Notes: generated from the sequence alone by a model not told the origin. Positions 47,349 through 60,741 are shown, counted from the first letter of the stretch. The stretch is 64,000 nt of DNA from Eukaryota sp. GEM-RC1 (GCA_040285855.1 JAUFOQ010000002.1:558001-622000), one strand, 5' to 3'. Made by a program: numbers and translations.

Positions 47349-47897
47349 ATGGATGACCTTCCACTCCCATCACAGGTTTTACATCGCAGTCTTAGTGATG
47401 TTGAGTCTGATAAACTGTTCTCTGCATCTGGTTTGACATCTGTTCAAAAACTGTTGCCTGTTTTTGACAAACTAGTGGACTTCTATCTACACTCATTACC
47501 TACTCCTTCTAACAACCCAGTTGTTGAAACACATCATCCTCTCTCTGAATCAATCTATAAGTCTCTGGAACTGTCCGAACACCTTTTCAGATCTCTCCAG
47601 TCTTCTATTGATACTTCTCTCTCCACTATAAACACACAAATGTTACAGTGTGGATCGCCTAAACCCTCTGTAGATTGGTCTCCTCATAAAAACCGAGCCG
47701 AACAACAATCGGTTCGACTCCAATCATTGAAGGAGGTTGCAGGGACCTTAAACATTGATGATGATGTCAGCACTCTGATGGCTTTGCTTAAAGACCACGA
47801 AGTTCTCCTTCAAGAATTGTCAAACCATGATTCAAATGAACTTTCTTCTACCTTACAAGAAACTTTAACTCCTGTTAATAAGAGATCTCGACATTAA
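47349..47897 (+). CDS. Hypothetical helical/coiled-coil protein
   Basis: 182-aa ORF, divergent from the deacetylase across a 37-bp spacer. Confidence 0.55.
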   Translation: MDDLPLPSQVLHRSLSDVESDKLFSASGLTSVQKLLPVFDKLVDFYLHSLPTPSNNPVVETHHPLSESIYKSLELSEHLFRSLQSSIDTSLSTINTQMLQCGSPKPSVDWSPHKNRAEQQSVRLQSLKEVAGTLNIDDDVSTLMALLKDHEVLLQELSNHDSNELSSTLQETLTPVNKRSRH

Positions 47898-47985
47898 GTT
47901 TAATTTATCATTTAATTATGATCTTTTCTGTATATTATTATTTCAGTTTGGTCCAGATATTCAAAAATTTATGTACAATTTCAAT

Positions 47986-50900
47986 CTAATCACTATCTAC
48001 AACGACATCAATCACGTCATCACCTTCCTCTTTCTTCTGACCCTTTTCTCTCAACATTACTCCAGCAGCTGTCATTCCGGTATTTGCAACTGTAGCACCA
48101 CTAACGTTAATTAAAGAATTGTTATTCTCTGTACTATCGCCAGACAACGCTTTGGCGGCTTGGAACGAATTCTTCATCTTTCTTACTGAAATAAACGATC
48201 GTATCGGTCCTAATGTTACAATCACAATCATAATCATTCCATTAAAAAGATGGACAATCATTAAAGCTTGATCCATCACTGTTTTGATCGTATCGGTTGC
48301 CAATTCTAGCGTCATTACCCAGCCAAAGAATGCAGTAAAAGTAGCTGAGAAACGAGAGAAGTTATCCATGATTACTTCCATTGAGTCACTTAAAGGTCTG
48401 GAGATTAAACCCATGGTAAACACAAAGCCGATAGTAAAGAATGACAGTAGAAAGGCAAATCCTTCGACAGTTAGGTAATGTACTAGAACTACCGATAAAG
48501 CCAGGAGTAAACCTTTCTCTAAGATATGGATGCACTTCCACATGCAGAGGGAGCGACGGTAGGCAGCGAATAGGTAGCTTTGAGCAGTGGAGAATTCTTG
48601 GCAAGCTGTGGAGTAACTTTTGGAAACTTCAGTTTTTAAAAGTTTAATTTGTTTTTGTAGCCATCGGGTTTTTGTTTTTTAAGAACCTGAATTTGAGAGT
48701 TAATCTCTTCTCTTTTAGCTTTAAGGTTGTAATTCAAATCAATTAGAGAAACACCACGTCGAATTAACACCATGAAAAAGATTGGGATTCCAATCATAAA
48801 CAAAATTCCGAGTATAATATTTAAAATTTGAAAAGTTTGGAGTTCTGAGAGTGATGTTGCACAATCAACTGTTGGGAAATCGCGAATTTTAGAGGCGCCG
48901 TCAATATCTTCACACACAAAATTTGAAATAATTGCTCTCGATACAGGCATATACAAAACAGTTAATGCAAAAGACAAATTCTTCTCTTAGATTTAACCAG
49001 GTTGTACCAATAAGCATCATCATCAAAGTTGTTTCTAAACTTCTTTGCAATCATGAGATAAACGAGGTAGATAAAAGACCATGCACCTCCCATTGGAAAC
49101 CAAGAAACCCAAAGAAGTAGAAGAAGGGAACTCACCATTAATCAAAAGAGAAATAGAGGAGAAGTCAATCAAAGTAATTGAAAGGATCATGAATAGGAGA
49201 ACTCCTGATAGCCATGACGTGAGCATTAGTCGTTTATGAGACTTCCAATTTTCAACGAACTTTCTGGTCCACTTACGATGACTGAAGTCAACAAAGTAAA
49301 GAATTGTAAAGAATATTGGAATAAGTGAAAACACGAAAAGTTTTGCATAATGGCCGAGATCGAAACTGAAATTGAACCAATCAAAACTGATTGAAAAAGG
49401 AATTGACACGTAGTAATAGTACTGGAAGAACTGGGGCCATTCAATGTCAATGGAAAAGGCAAATAATAGAGCCAAAATTTGGAAAAAACTGGTGATTATT
49501 TCGATTTTTGTAAGTGCAGATCCGAGAGACATGAAGAAAGGAATCTTGAGAGCTCTGACGTATGCTGGATTGATGAATTCTCCAAAATTTTCAAATTTTG
49601 GGACATCGACTTCGACCTCATTGTGAGTGCCACTTTGTTCCTTTGGAACTCTTTCCTTTCCCTGACCACTACTGTCATCTTCTTGATTGTCTTCTTCACC
49701 AAGAGTTTTGTCATCTTGAGGTCCACGACCTTCAGTTGGTCCACGGCCTTCACCAGGAGTTTTGTCATCTTGAGGTCCACGACCTTCAGTTGGTCCACGA
49801 CCTTCACCAGGAGTTTTGTCATCTTGAGGTCCACGGCCTTCACCAGGAGTTTTGTCATCTTGAGGTCCACGACCTTCAGTTGGTCCACGGCCTTCACCAG
49901 GAGTTTTGTCATCTTGAGGTCCACGACCTTCAGTTGGTCCACGACCTTCACCAGGAGTTTTATCATCTTGAGGTCCACGACCTTCAGTTGGTCCACGACC
50001 TTCACCAGGAGTTTTATCATCTTGAGGTCCACGACCTTCAGTTGGTCCACGGCCTTCACCAGGAGTTTTATCATCTTGAGGTCCACGGCCTTCACCAGGA
50101 GTTTTATCATCTTGAGGTCCACGGCCTTCACCAGGAGTTTTATCATCTTGAGGTCCACGACCTTCACCAGGAGTTTTGTCATCTTGAGGTCCACGACCTT
50201 CAGTTGGTCCACGACCTTCACCAGGAGTTTTGTCATCTTGAGGTCCACGACCTTCAGTTGGTCCACGACCTTCACCAGGAGTTTTGTCATCTTGAGGTCC
50301 ACGACCTTCAGTTGGTCCACGACCTTCACCAGGAGTTTTGTCATCTTGAGGTCCACGACCTTCAGTTGGTCCACGACCTTCACCAGGAGTTTTGTCATCT
50401 TGAGGTCCACGACCTTCAGTTGGTCCACGACCTTCACCAGGAGTTTTGTCATCTTGAGGTACACGGCCTTCAGTTGGTCCACGACCTTCACCAGTAGAGC
50501 TATCCTGAACTTGAGTACTTCCAACAGCACCAGGTCCCTTTGCAGGTTTCTTACTACCATTATCGTCAAGCATCTCAAAGTTCTTAGGACCGTGCAGTAC
50601 AACAGAAGCAACAACTGGTACTAACATGTAAGGGCTTGGCCGCTTTAAAAACTCAACTCCAGATTTTTTAAATAACTTGGAACAAATGGTATGAGCATTA
50701 GATTTCTCCTCCAATGAAACTTTACGTTCGTTCAACTCCACAAGAGATGGAATCATGTAAATCAACATAAATCGCAAATTTTTAATTTTTTCAAACTGAG
50801 GAATATTAATGTTCAACTTTTCAACTGGCAGATAAGCAAGCGCACGTAGAATTGCTACAAAATGATGTTCCTGTACATTGTACTGATCCTCAAGGTTAAT

Positions 50901-53900
50901 TGTAGTTACCCTGTTTATCGACAAAGGGCCGAAATTTTTCAAAAATTCCAAAGCGTGAAGTTGATGAGTGTTGAGACAGTACGAATTTGGTAATTCGTCA
51001 ACCACTTGAACACCACGAAGTTTCTGAAAGACAGTTTCTAAGTAACAGAATTCTTCAGAATTCTTATCAGAGGTGCAATTCTTCAACACCAAAGAGGAAA
51101 GTGATGGACTGAAAGACAAATTATCAATCAAAACTGATAGATCCTTAATCTTGTTGTAAGATACATCAAGATGTTTAAGATGAGGTAACGCAGTTAGGTA
51201 TTTGACAGAAATCTGACTTATATCATTATCACGTAGAATGATTGACTCCAAATGAGGATATTGATCAATTCCGGAAAGTGATGACAGTTTTTGACTTGAT
51301 AAGTCTAGAAGAGTAAGTCCATTCACAACATTTTGACGATAACAAAGAATATCAATTTTAAATTTTGATGATTTTTTGGCGGGGACTCCTGAATATTTGC
51401 AGATATCCTTAACTGTGAGCTCTACATTATCAATGACCCGAAGTTTACAGTCAGGTCTCTTAATACAGTCCAACTTTCGTAACATATGTTCTAGATAACT
51501 AGAGGATTTAGTAGCAGGATTATCAAAAGAGAAATTCTTTCCAAATTAGGCAGTTCGTCAATCAAACAGGCAACCAGGTAAAGATCTTTGATGGAATTCA
51601 TTGACATGTCAAGATCTTTCAATTGAGACAATGTGTGGATGTTTGCTAATTGAATAGATTCATTGGTAAGCTTGTTGTTAGCTAGCTCTAGTTTGACAAG
51701 TGATGGAAAAGATGAAAAATCAACCAAAGTAAGACCGTGATTATTTAAATTGATGTGTTGGATGTGATGGGGCTCAAATTTACCCAAATGTTTGAATAAA
51801 GAGCCTTGGAATCGGTAGAGTTCTACTTGTCTAGAATCACCACCACATTGTGACCAGCAATCAGCTACATGAGTGTAATCAAGTTCGATTGTGTCAATCG
51901 CAATCATTTTGAGTGGAAGTCGACGTAGCAATTCAAATGACCCCAATAGTTCAATAAGATAATTCTTCTTTTCAGTAACAGGATTACGTGACAATCCCAG
52001 AAGTTTGAGATTAAACGATTGATTCAAAAGGGAAGGATATTCCTGAGAGAGGAAAATCTGTTCTGTCTCAAGTCAAGAATGCCCAAGTTAACACATAGTG
52101 AAATTTTAGAATTTTTCAACGTTGATATGGAATTCTTGGCTAAGTTCAACTTCTCTAGGCCAGTCAGACCATCTAAATCCAATGCTGAGAGCTCCAATCC
52201 AACTAGGACGAGCTCTTTAACAGCAAAAAGCTGATTAGTCGTTAGTTGAGGGTAGACAAAGTTAACTGCAGCAGAAAACATTAAAGCATTACACTTTTTA
52301 TCAGAGAGACCTCTAGTTTGCCAGATCTCACGTCGCTCACCCATAGTGATTACAGAGTCAACGATTTTCAAGCGTGATTTTGGACTTTCTAAAGACTTCA
52401 ATAGAGAAAGGAAAACAGATCGGTCGTGAGAATTCTTAAAGAATGGATTGCCTAGCAATAAAACAATTTGAATTTGGGAAGTTTGTCAATGATCTCAGAT
52501 GTAGAGCTCATTTCATCGTGATTGATTAGATTCTGTCGACAGTCAAAAACAGATAGTTTTGACAATTTTTGAATTTTGAGCCCGACTACTGAGGAAATGT
52601 TACAGAATGACACGTCTAGTTTTTCCAGATTCTCAAACCAGTCAAATCTTAACACAGAACTGTCGAAAAATTCAAAATTATTTAAATGTGGCAATCGTAA
52701 TTCCTTCACATTTAAATTATTGTACTGCTGTCCTGGAACAATAGCCGCTGGAGTCCAGGAAACGTCATCTAAACGAAGAGATTCAATGATTGAATGGAAA
52801 AACAGATATTCACTGGGGTTGAATTTTAAATTTTTAACCATATTTTGATCTTTGAGAAGTTGAAGTGCGTTGAGTCTCTCGCTGACCTGGATTTGATGAT
52901 CGTCCATAACATTTAATTTAGGACAACTGAAAAAGAGCCTGGCAAGGAGCTGAATACGGAAAGTGATCAAATTTGATTGGTTAGGATCAAAATCAGTGAG
53001 GATGTTGAGATGTACAAGACTTCCAAGGTTATCTAATTGCGACAAGACCAATTCAAGATCAAGAGTCGAATTGTTGGTTAAATCGAGAAATTTTAATTTT
53101 TTGACAACAGTTAAATCACAAGAAACAAGGGAATTACCTTTGAGACTGAGCAATTCCAAATTAGGAAAGAGAGACAAATCAACACGTGTCAATCCAGCGT
53201 AATCAAACTTTCCATTCTTGACTCTACGCACGATATCACTGGCCTGATCCGAAAACAAAGTCTCGTGACCAAAATTCTTGATACAAACCAACGACCATCT
53301 ATAATCATCAGCTTGATCCTTACTCATCAAACCAAGGTCAAAACATGACGTCACCAGTTCATTTACACTAATCATCTCCCCATCAATTGATCTCAGTCCA
53401 GGTTGAGCTGAAATTCCCTTTAAACAACGACACCTCGTCATAAGCAAAGGTCTATAACCATTGGGATAGTTATTCCCAGTGACAATTACATCAAGCAAAG
53501 AAGGCACGCAGTACAACACTTTAAAATCATCATCTAGTCGAGATAGTTTGTTCTTAGAAACGTCAATGTGGTACAGTCGTTCTAGAGATTCAAGTCCAAA
53601 ATTACTGAGAGTAGTCAGCTGATTTCCTGGAAGTATTAGCTTTTCAAGAGCTTTGAACTCTGCCACGTGGAATGACGTAAGCAATGAGTTTGGAGCGTTG
53701 ATCTCACGGACATGGAAGGGAAGCCATGTAGTCAGTGATTGAACTTGAGGTTGTAGAGAGACAACCAGATCCCATAGAAGAAGTGGAAGTTGCTGTTTGT
53801 AAGGAGCTGGGCCGTGTTTCATGACAGCTGAACAACGATCTTGAGGGGCAAGAGGCTGGTTGTTAAGAGAGATGAGAAAACGAAAGTTACCAATGAGTTG

Positions 53901-54497
53901 TGAGACTGAAGAGGATTTCAAGGAAGTTGGAAGAACTAGATGCTGGATGAAGGGACATGCGCGAGTGAAGGAAGATGCATTGACTTTTGAGAGCGGATTA
54001 TCAGATAGATCTAGATAGCGAAGGGTTTGAGATGAGAGAGATGAGATGGATTTGATGTTGCAGTTCCGTAGAAAGAGATAGTTGAGGTTAGGAAAGCTTG
54101 ACATGGAGCGTAGTAGGTGATCAGCTTCTTTTGGGGACAGTTTCAGATCAGAAAGGACTACAAGTCTGACCTGGGCTGTTCGGCTGGAGTGTACAACGTC
54201 TCTAATGGAAGTTACTTTGGCTTCATCTGGCAAAGAGTCTATCGGAGGAGGATTAGGTAAATTCTGAGAGAAGGGGCCTGGGACAAATTGAGAAGCATCG
54301 GCACTCTGTCGGAGGGACTCGTATGACTGAACATCAAAGTTGGGGGGAAAGATTCCTGGCGCAGAGGGCTCAAAAGAGAATACTTCCGGAAGACTTACAT
54401 CTTTAAGAGGGACAGGAGATCGAGCAGGTATAGGTTCCCACTGAAACTGGCCTTGTGACTGTAACTGAGGCGTAAGTTGGTCAAGTGGTTCGAGCAT
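47986..54497 (-). CDS. Giant (about 2170 aa) protein: LRR modules, a tandem-repeat linker and a multipass membrane domain
   Basis: Six consecutive same-strand ORFs join at homopolymer runs, e.g. LPK-IQIVLLLGNPF, SLF-DNPATK, ICLF-ALTVLYMPVS, YKK-QIK. Many LxxLxLxxN repeats with LRRcap-like ends; C-terminal hydrophobic helices begin at KIEIITSFFQILAL..IEWP. Confidence 0.75.
49701..50492 (-). repeat. Coding minisatellite: 12 x 54-bp and 4 x 36-bp units (GEGRGPTEGRGPQDDKTP / GEGRGPQDDKTP)
   Basis: Counted from the translation; units differ by only a few, mostly synonymous, substitutions. Confidence 0.95.
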
Positions 54498-54799
54498 TTG
54501 GTGGTTGAAAACCTGATTTGACCATAATGGAAACAATTTCGAATGATTTTGGTCTAACCATAACAGTATCAACTATCTAGGCACCATTTTAGACACTTCA
54601 CAACTGAATCTAAAATGCAGTTCGTGTAGACTAAAATGATAATATCTCGTGCTCCTGGGAAATGAAAATAGTTTTATTTATTTTTTCTGATTATTAAAAA
54701 TACAAGACCGAAATACAATTGAATCGGAACAATCAAAAATGCAGGCACACCAAAAATAATACCAATAAAATACAGAATAATTTTTTAAAAACAACAAGA

Positions 54800-56873
54800 T
54801 CAACTTGAAACAGAATTCAAAATCTGAGAAACAACAGAGTGAAAAGAAAAAAATACTTTGGTTTTCTCGTTTGCAATTATTTCATCTAACCTTGTCTTTG
54901 GAAAATCACCCACTACAGATGACACTTCCCAATTTGATAATGAAAACGGAAAGTCGGATTTGAAATAAAAGTCCAAAAATCCCTTAAACCGACCCGGATT
55001 CCTATTTTTCGAAATTTTGACGGATAGTTTAGCGTGTTCTCCCCAAGATTCCAGCGAACAGCAAGATATACACAATGTTTTAGAAACATCTGACAAAGTG
55101 TATAAGCACTGAAAGCAGTTCAACGGCAATGAAGAAAAATATTTAAAATATGCATCATTTGATCTCCTAGAAGAAAACCACGACTGAATTGATGAGTTAC
55201 TAAGGTTATAAAGACTGAGAATTACATCAGAACTAGGATACATATAGTTGGCAGAAACATTATACTGTAATAATGAACTGAGTCTAGGACGGAAAAATTC
55301 AAAATAATTAAAAATTATCTGAGAAACCGTCCTAGAAATGAGTGTGAAATTCGATTCAGAATTCAGCAAACTGAAATAAGTTTTGCTCACCATGCCAAAA
55401 ATTTCCAGAGATATTGGTAAACACTTCAATTGAGAAACAAACGAACTCATAGCTTCAGATGAATGAGTCATTAATAGTTTCTGGGACTCAATCTCTTTCA
55501 CCAATCGGGCTCTTTCCTGTTTTAACTGCGACAGTTGAGTGGATTCTACCAATGAAACATCATAATCATTCGAATGGGTTTTCAAATATTCGTTAATTTT
55601 TGCCAGGACTTCCCTTGACCGAGTGAGTGTACTCGCAGATCGAGCATACCACTGCTCGATTCGTTGTTGTTCTCGTTTAACTTTATCCAAAACTTCGACC
55701 ATCTTTTTCTCTTCGCTTTTGTATCGAAATCATGAATTTTTCAAAATATTCAGACTCAAACACTTGCACAATAGAGTTCATTCTAATCTTGGGATATACG
55801 TTATCCCTAAAGTTCTTCTCATCTACAGCTACTTCCTGTAAAATCCTAGACTCTGACGATATCTGAGGGTTTGCAATGAAGGAATGAACATGGGAAATAG
55901 AATCATGTTCAGTTTGACATTGTTCAGCAAGAAAAGAAACATCACAATAAGGAAATTCTAAAAAAGTAACAAGATTTGAAGAGAACGCAGTCATCGACGG
56001 CAGGTCAAAACCCGATAAACAACTAAATATTTCAGCTACGAATCCTTCTTCACCCTCGTCAAAAGAAACAATTCTACTCATGAAATCGGACAAACTCATT
56101 GACCTTGTTCTCTTGGGAGTGACTCTAGAGAGTGAAGATCGAATCTGAGAAGGTGTAGTAGTAATAGAAGGAGTGGAAGGGTGAGTGTAATTGGGGGTCT
56201 TGGGATTGGAGATAGTAGGAGTTGACGGAGCAGGAGGTGTGGTGTTGAGGTGGTCTAAAGTGGAGTTGAGGATGTTAGATACTTTATTTGAGGAGAGGAG
56301 ATGGGTGACATTGGGAGATGATGAGGTGGGAGAAGGAGAAGGAAAAGCACTGAGTCCAGCTCTTTGAAGTAGCAGAGTAGGATCAGTGGTCTCAAGCTGG
56401 GTTGAAGAGAGACGTAAAGGGGAGGGTTGGTAGGATGGAGGTAGTTTTGAAACCACGGGAGATTCAAAGGGTGACATAGGTTCAACAGAAGTGTCTATAG
56501 GAGTAGAAGGTGACATGGGTTGATTAGATTCGTCATGTAACCCGATTGGAGATGCAATTGTTGTAAACTCCATCAGCGAATCATCCGAATCAGAAGTCAG
56601 TTCAACCGAAAAACGATTGGATGTTTGAGAAGTCCCCACAGGGGAGAAATAGTGATCATTGAGTTCCTCAGATGAAGAATCAGAATTGTGTCCATCTAAG
56701 GATGAAGCTATTGTTGTCATTTCCATTTGTGAGGCATCGGAATCAGAAAAGGGTTCCGAAGTAAAGTATTTAACCTCAGGAGCTCCAGCAAAAGTAACAG
56801 TACGTCGGGAAATAGTCTGGTCGACATCCGACTCATTGTCAACCTCTTCTAGAAGATCCTTCAGACCTCTCAT
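54800..56873 (-). CDS. KNL1/Spc105/Spc7-like outer kinetochore protein
   Basis: N-terminal RGLK (SILK-like) and SRRTVTFA (RVxF PP1-docking); MELT-like MEMTTI, VELTS and MEFTTI; S/T/P-rich linker; MSLSDFM; coiled coil and folded C-terminus. Two ORFs join by a frameshift near 55700-55720. Confidence 0.7.
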
Positions 56874-56926
56874 TCAGTGAAGGCAGTCTGAAGAGTTAAG
56901 TATTTTTGGATGAAGATTTTGTTTGA

Positions 56927-58216
56927 ATGGCAAACATTTCTATCCATCTTGGACAGTATGGAAACCAACTAGGCTGTTCCTTCTTTGAAACTTTAACAGA
57001 ACAATGCTCTCACGATTATCTACGTCTCAACAATAAGTTTTTTCGTTATTCAAGTAATAATAGTATGAGTTATTCATCCTCTTTCTTCAGTCTTAATTCC
57101 TCGCTCTGTTTGCGCTGATTTAGAACCTAAGGTCATTGACTCTCTTGCAACACTTAAATCTCCTCATTTTTCCTTCGACCCTTATAACTTTTTGTCCTCT
57201 TCATGTGGAGCATCTAACAACTGGGCAGTTGGCTACACTGCTTCTGATACAATTGACCTAGTCCTCTCACGTGTTCGAAAAGAAGCAGAACGTGCAGATT
57301 CTCTCTCCACAATTCTTCTCTTTCAATCTCTTGCTGGAGGTACAGGTTCTGGGTTAGGCTCTGCTGTTATGACTGCACTCTCTGACCAACTTTCTGATAC
57401 TCTTCTTTTGGCTCAGGTAGTATTCCCCAATACTGGAGGTGAGGTCATTGTTCACTCCTACAACGCTATTCTCTCTCTAGCTCGTCTCCTTGACTGCTGT
57501 GATGGAATCATTTCTACTTCCAATGCAGTAGCCTCTGAAATTGTTCAGAAAGTCCTTAAGATCAAGAACCCGTCCCTCCATGATCTCAACTCTGTTCTTT
57601 CCTTTCAGTTAGGTTCTGTTCTTTGTCCAGGGTCTGGTACTCTGACTCTTGAAGAGATTTGTTGTTATGCATTTCCCTCTCCTTCTTGTAAGATTGCAAA
57701 TACCTATGTTAACCCTATTGTGTGTTTAATTCTTTTGTTGATTAACTGTAGATGCCCAAAGCTGCTCTTGAGTTTACCAATAACAAGTGGGAAGCTTTGA
57801 TTAGTCAGCAAAAGTCAATAATTCTAAGTAACAATTACCTAAGTCAGTGCGTATCTTACTCTAAGAAAGGCAAACTCCTATCATGCCTATCAAATCTATG
57901 GGGAAAGGATTCATTTGCATTTGTCAACTCTTCATGTTCTTCATTCACCCCTCTTCTTTCCAGTCCAATGTCTTCTTGTTCCACAGGTTGGTCCTCTGAC
58001 AATTTCCTTGGTGTAGAGAAGTTGATTGGTTCTCTTTCTGTTTGCTCAGGAGTTGCCAACTATCTAGAACCTATTTGTTCCTCTGCATCAAGGATGCTAT
58101 CGTCTAATGCTTATGTTCATCACTACGCTGAGTTTGGTGTTGATGAGGGGGTGTTGGCTAATTCAATTGCATCTGTTGAAAGTGTGAAGAGTAGATATTT
58201 AGAGTTGGAAACTTGA
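56927..58216 (+). CDS. Delta-tubulin with 2 introns (57063-57090, 57720-57751)
   Basis: IHLGQYGNQLG, PRSVCADLEPKVI, SNNWAVGY, QSLAGGTGSGLGS, GEVIVHSYNAILSL, AYVHHYAEFG. The GEV.V..YN..L.L and AY.H.Y..FG segments are delta-type. Confidence 0.85.
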
Positions 58217-58248
58217 GAGTTTTTTATCAATGTTTAGTTTATTTCTAA

Positions 58249-60230
58249 TCACGACAAGTTCTTTCCTAATTGGGCTAGAATGGGAATCAGGTGATTGATT
58301 TTTTCTTTTTCTGATGAGCTCATTTCATTGATGAGGCTATGTGCTTCTGAAAGAAGTTTGTGAGATTCTTTGTCGAAATCAACTGCAAACCAACCCATGA
58401 TTGATTGTTTTTTGATTGATCCACTGAGGTTGTTGTCTGTACTGATTGCTCAACTGATTCAACCTGTTGACTGCCATCATCGTTATTTTGAGCTTGATCA
58501 ATTGATGCTTGAACCTTCTCCTTTAAACTTGATAGTAGTTCAGGATTATTCCGAAGTTCAGAATAACACTTGACAACACCGACAACTGCAGAAATAAAGT
58601 ACTCGCACTTTTTGTAATTAGGAATAACTTTCAAAGCTCTTACATACTTCCTTAAATAACCACGTGAAACACAATACAAATGGAAGTCGAAGAACTCTGA
58701 ATAGTACTCGTCAAAATGACGTAATACTGATTGAAAGCACCATAGAGATTCATCCACTTGTTGTGATTTTAAGTAGGCATGACCAAACATAAGTTCTAGG
58801 AAACAAACTTGGAAATCAGTGAAAGTTTTCAAGAATTCATCAATACTGCCCTCTGGTTTACGACAGAAGTTCTTAGATACTTCAATGGCATTCTCGATAC
58901 TATCTGATTTCAAATACAGCTCAACTAAATTATGATTGAGGAAACGATCACCAGGGTCAAGAACTCTTGCCTTGTCCGCAAATTTGATTGCCTCATCAAA
59001 ATTACCCATCTTCTCAGCAATTTTAGACTTCAACATCCAAGGTTCGGGACAATCTTCATTAGCTGATTGGAACAACTCAGCACACTTATCAGCCACGTGT
59101 TCAGCTTTGGAGGGGTCAAAAGAAGTCAATAGACTCCCATAAGTGTATGCAATCCATCCTGATTTACTGAATTTGTTTTGATTTTCAAAATGAGTCTGGG
59201 CAGTCTTAAGCTGCTCTTCTAGAACTTCCCACAAATCTGGTTGAATATTTAAAATTTCAGAAAGCAGTGGAATTAGAGAGGGGACGGGGAAGGTCTTTAA
59301 AAATTTTAAAGCGACTTCACCAAATTTTTCAGTATTTGAAACGGAATATTTTAAATAAAGTGCATTCATTGCTATACTTTTGGAATAAGTTGACAGCAGC
59401 CTCTCAAGTTCAGCATTTTTGTCATCAAACAGATCTAAATAAGCAACAATATAGTTCTCATCATCACAATTAAAATCAATTAATTCTTGATAGACCAATT
59501 TTGATTGATCAATTTGACCCAGTTGATTGAGAGCTTTTGCCTTGTGTTCAAGTTTGGAGAATACATCAAGAATCTCAGTATTATGTTCTTCCAACAACTT
59601 CAGCAGTTCTTCATTTCTTTTACTGTTATACAATAGTTCACATTGATAAAGCAGAACTTCAGACTTCTCAAGCTTAGACCGTGTATCAGTTGCTTTAACA
59701 GACTCAAAGAAATCATTGAGCACATCAGCTGCTGAGCTGGCATTTCCAGCTAAATCATGGGCCACCGCAAAAGCATACCAATGAGAAGAAGGGCGTGGGT
59801 TCTCTGTGAGCATTGTTCTTCTGGTTTCCACGAGGTCAGAATACTCTCTAAGGTGGGTTTGTAGAAGAGCAGTGTCTTTGAGGACCTGTGCATTGGTAGG
59901 TTGATGTTTGAGAGCAGTTTTGAATGCTTTAAGAGCCATTGGGAATTCTTCAGCTCCCTTGTGGAGTAAACCTAAGACATGCCATGTGATGTGGGATTTA
60001 AGATTATACTTGACGGCTAATCGTGCAAGGTCAAATGCTTCTGACATTTTCTTGGGTTGACTAGTAGAGAGAACAAGAGCTTTCATGGCAACAGTGTCAC
60101 CATTGCGAGGGTTGTTGGCAAGTATGTGATCAGCAAGTTTTAGAGCTTTTTTGTAGTTTTTGTTTTCAAAGTGCTTGACTAAAGAGTTGTAGGCATTACG
60201 ATCCTTGGATGGTAGATCATGCAGAGACAT
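58249..60230 (-). CDS. NAA15: NatA auxiliary subunit NAA15/Nat1 (TPR protein)
   Basis: FENKNYKKALK..IL..NPRNGDTVAMKAL, KSHITWHVLGL, ARVLDPGDRFLN, DFHLYC. The C-terminus probably extends to 58249 via one added A near 58407-58412. Confidence 0.9.
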
Positions 60231-60509
60231 TTGTAGGAAAGTAGAGTTTGTTGGATTTAAAACTACTGTAATACAATGTTAGAGTAAATCTACTGAGACA
60301 TGTAGATTACTTGCGTACTGCATTTGAGTATGAACAAAATTAACAAACTGTATTGGAGCCAATTCAATGGAATACAAAACGAACGAAACAATACATTCAA
60401 CTCACAGCAACAACAAAATACACATGATAATAAAGTCACGAATAATTATACAAAACGCATCACAATATACAATAGAAAGTGGGTGACATTAAAGAAAAAA
60501 AATAGAAAC

Positions 60510-60741
60510 TCAGAGCTCTGATGGACTTTTAGGAGATGAAGAGCTAGTAGACTTTCTGCGGGCTGCTTGTTTTTGAAGATCTTTCACAACAGCTGCAAGT
60601 GACTCAGGATTGACATTATCTTCACAAAGCTTCACAAGAATTTCTAGAGTAGGTCGGTCAATAGGACATTGGAGAAGTTTTGAGATTTGTTCTAGGGCTA
60701 TGTTCAGTGTTTAGAAGGGACAAACTGTCAAGGTCGCTCAT
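60510..60741 (-). CDS. MZT1: MOZART1/MZT1 gamma-tubulin complex adaptor, one 28-nt intron (60698-60725)
   Basis: Spliced translation MSDLDTLEQISKLLQCPIDRPTLEILVKLCEDNVNPESLAAVVKDLQKQAARRK...; the LS.LL...LD..TL.I...L.E.GVNPEALA pattern is recognisable. Not in the ORF track. Confidence 0.85.

Noticed and set aside
49479..50624. Three long alternative-frame ORFs over the repeat (381, 372 and 299 aa)
   Set aside because: They are shadows of a stop-free 54/36-bp coding minisatellite; only the minus frame continuous with the LRR protein is credible.
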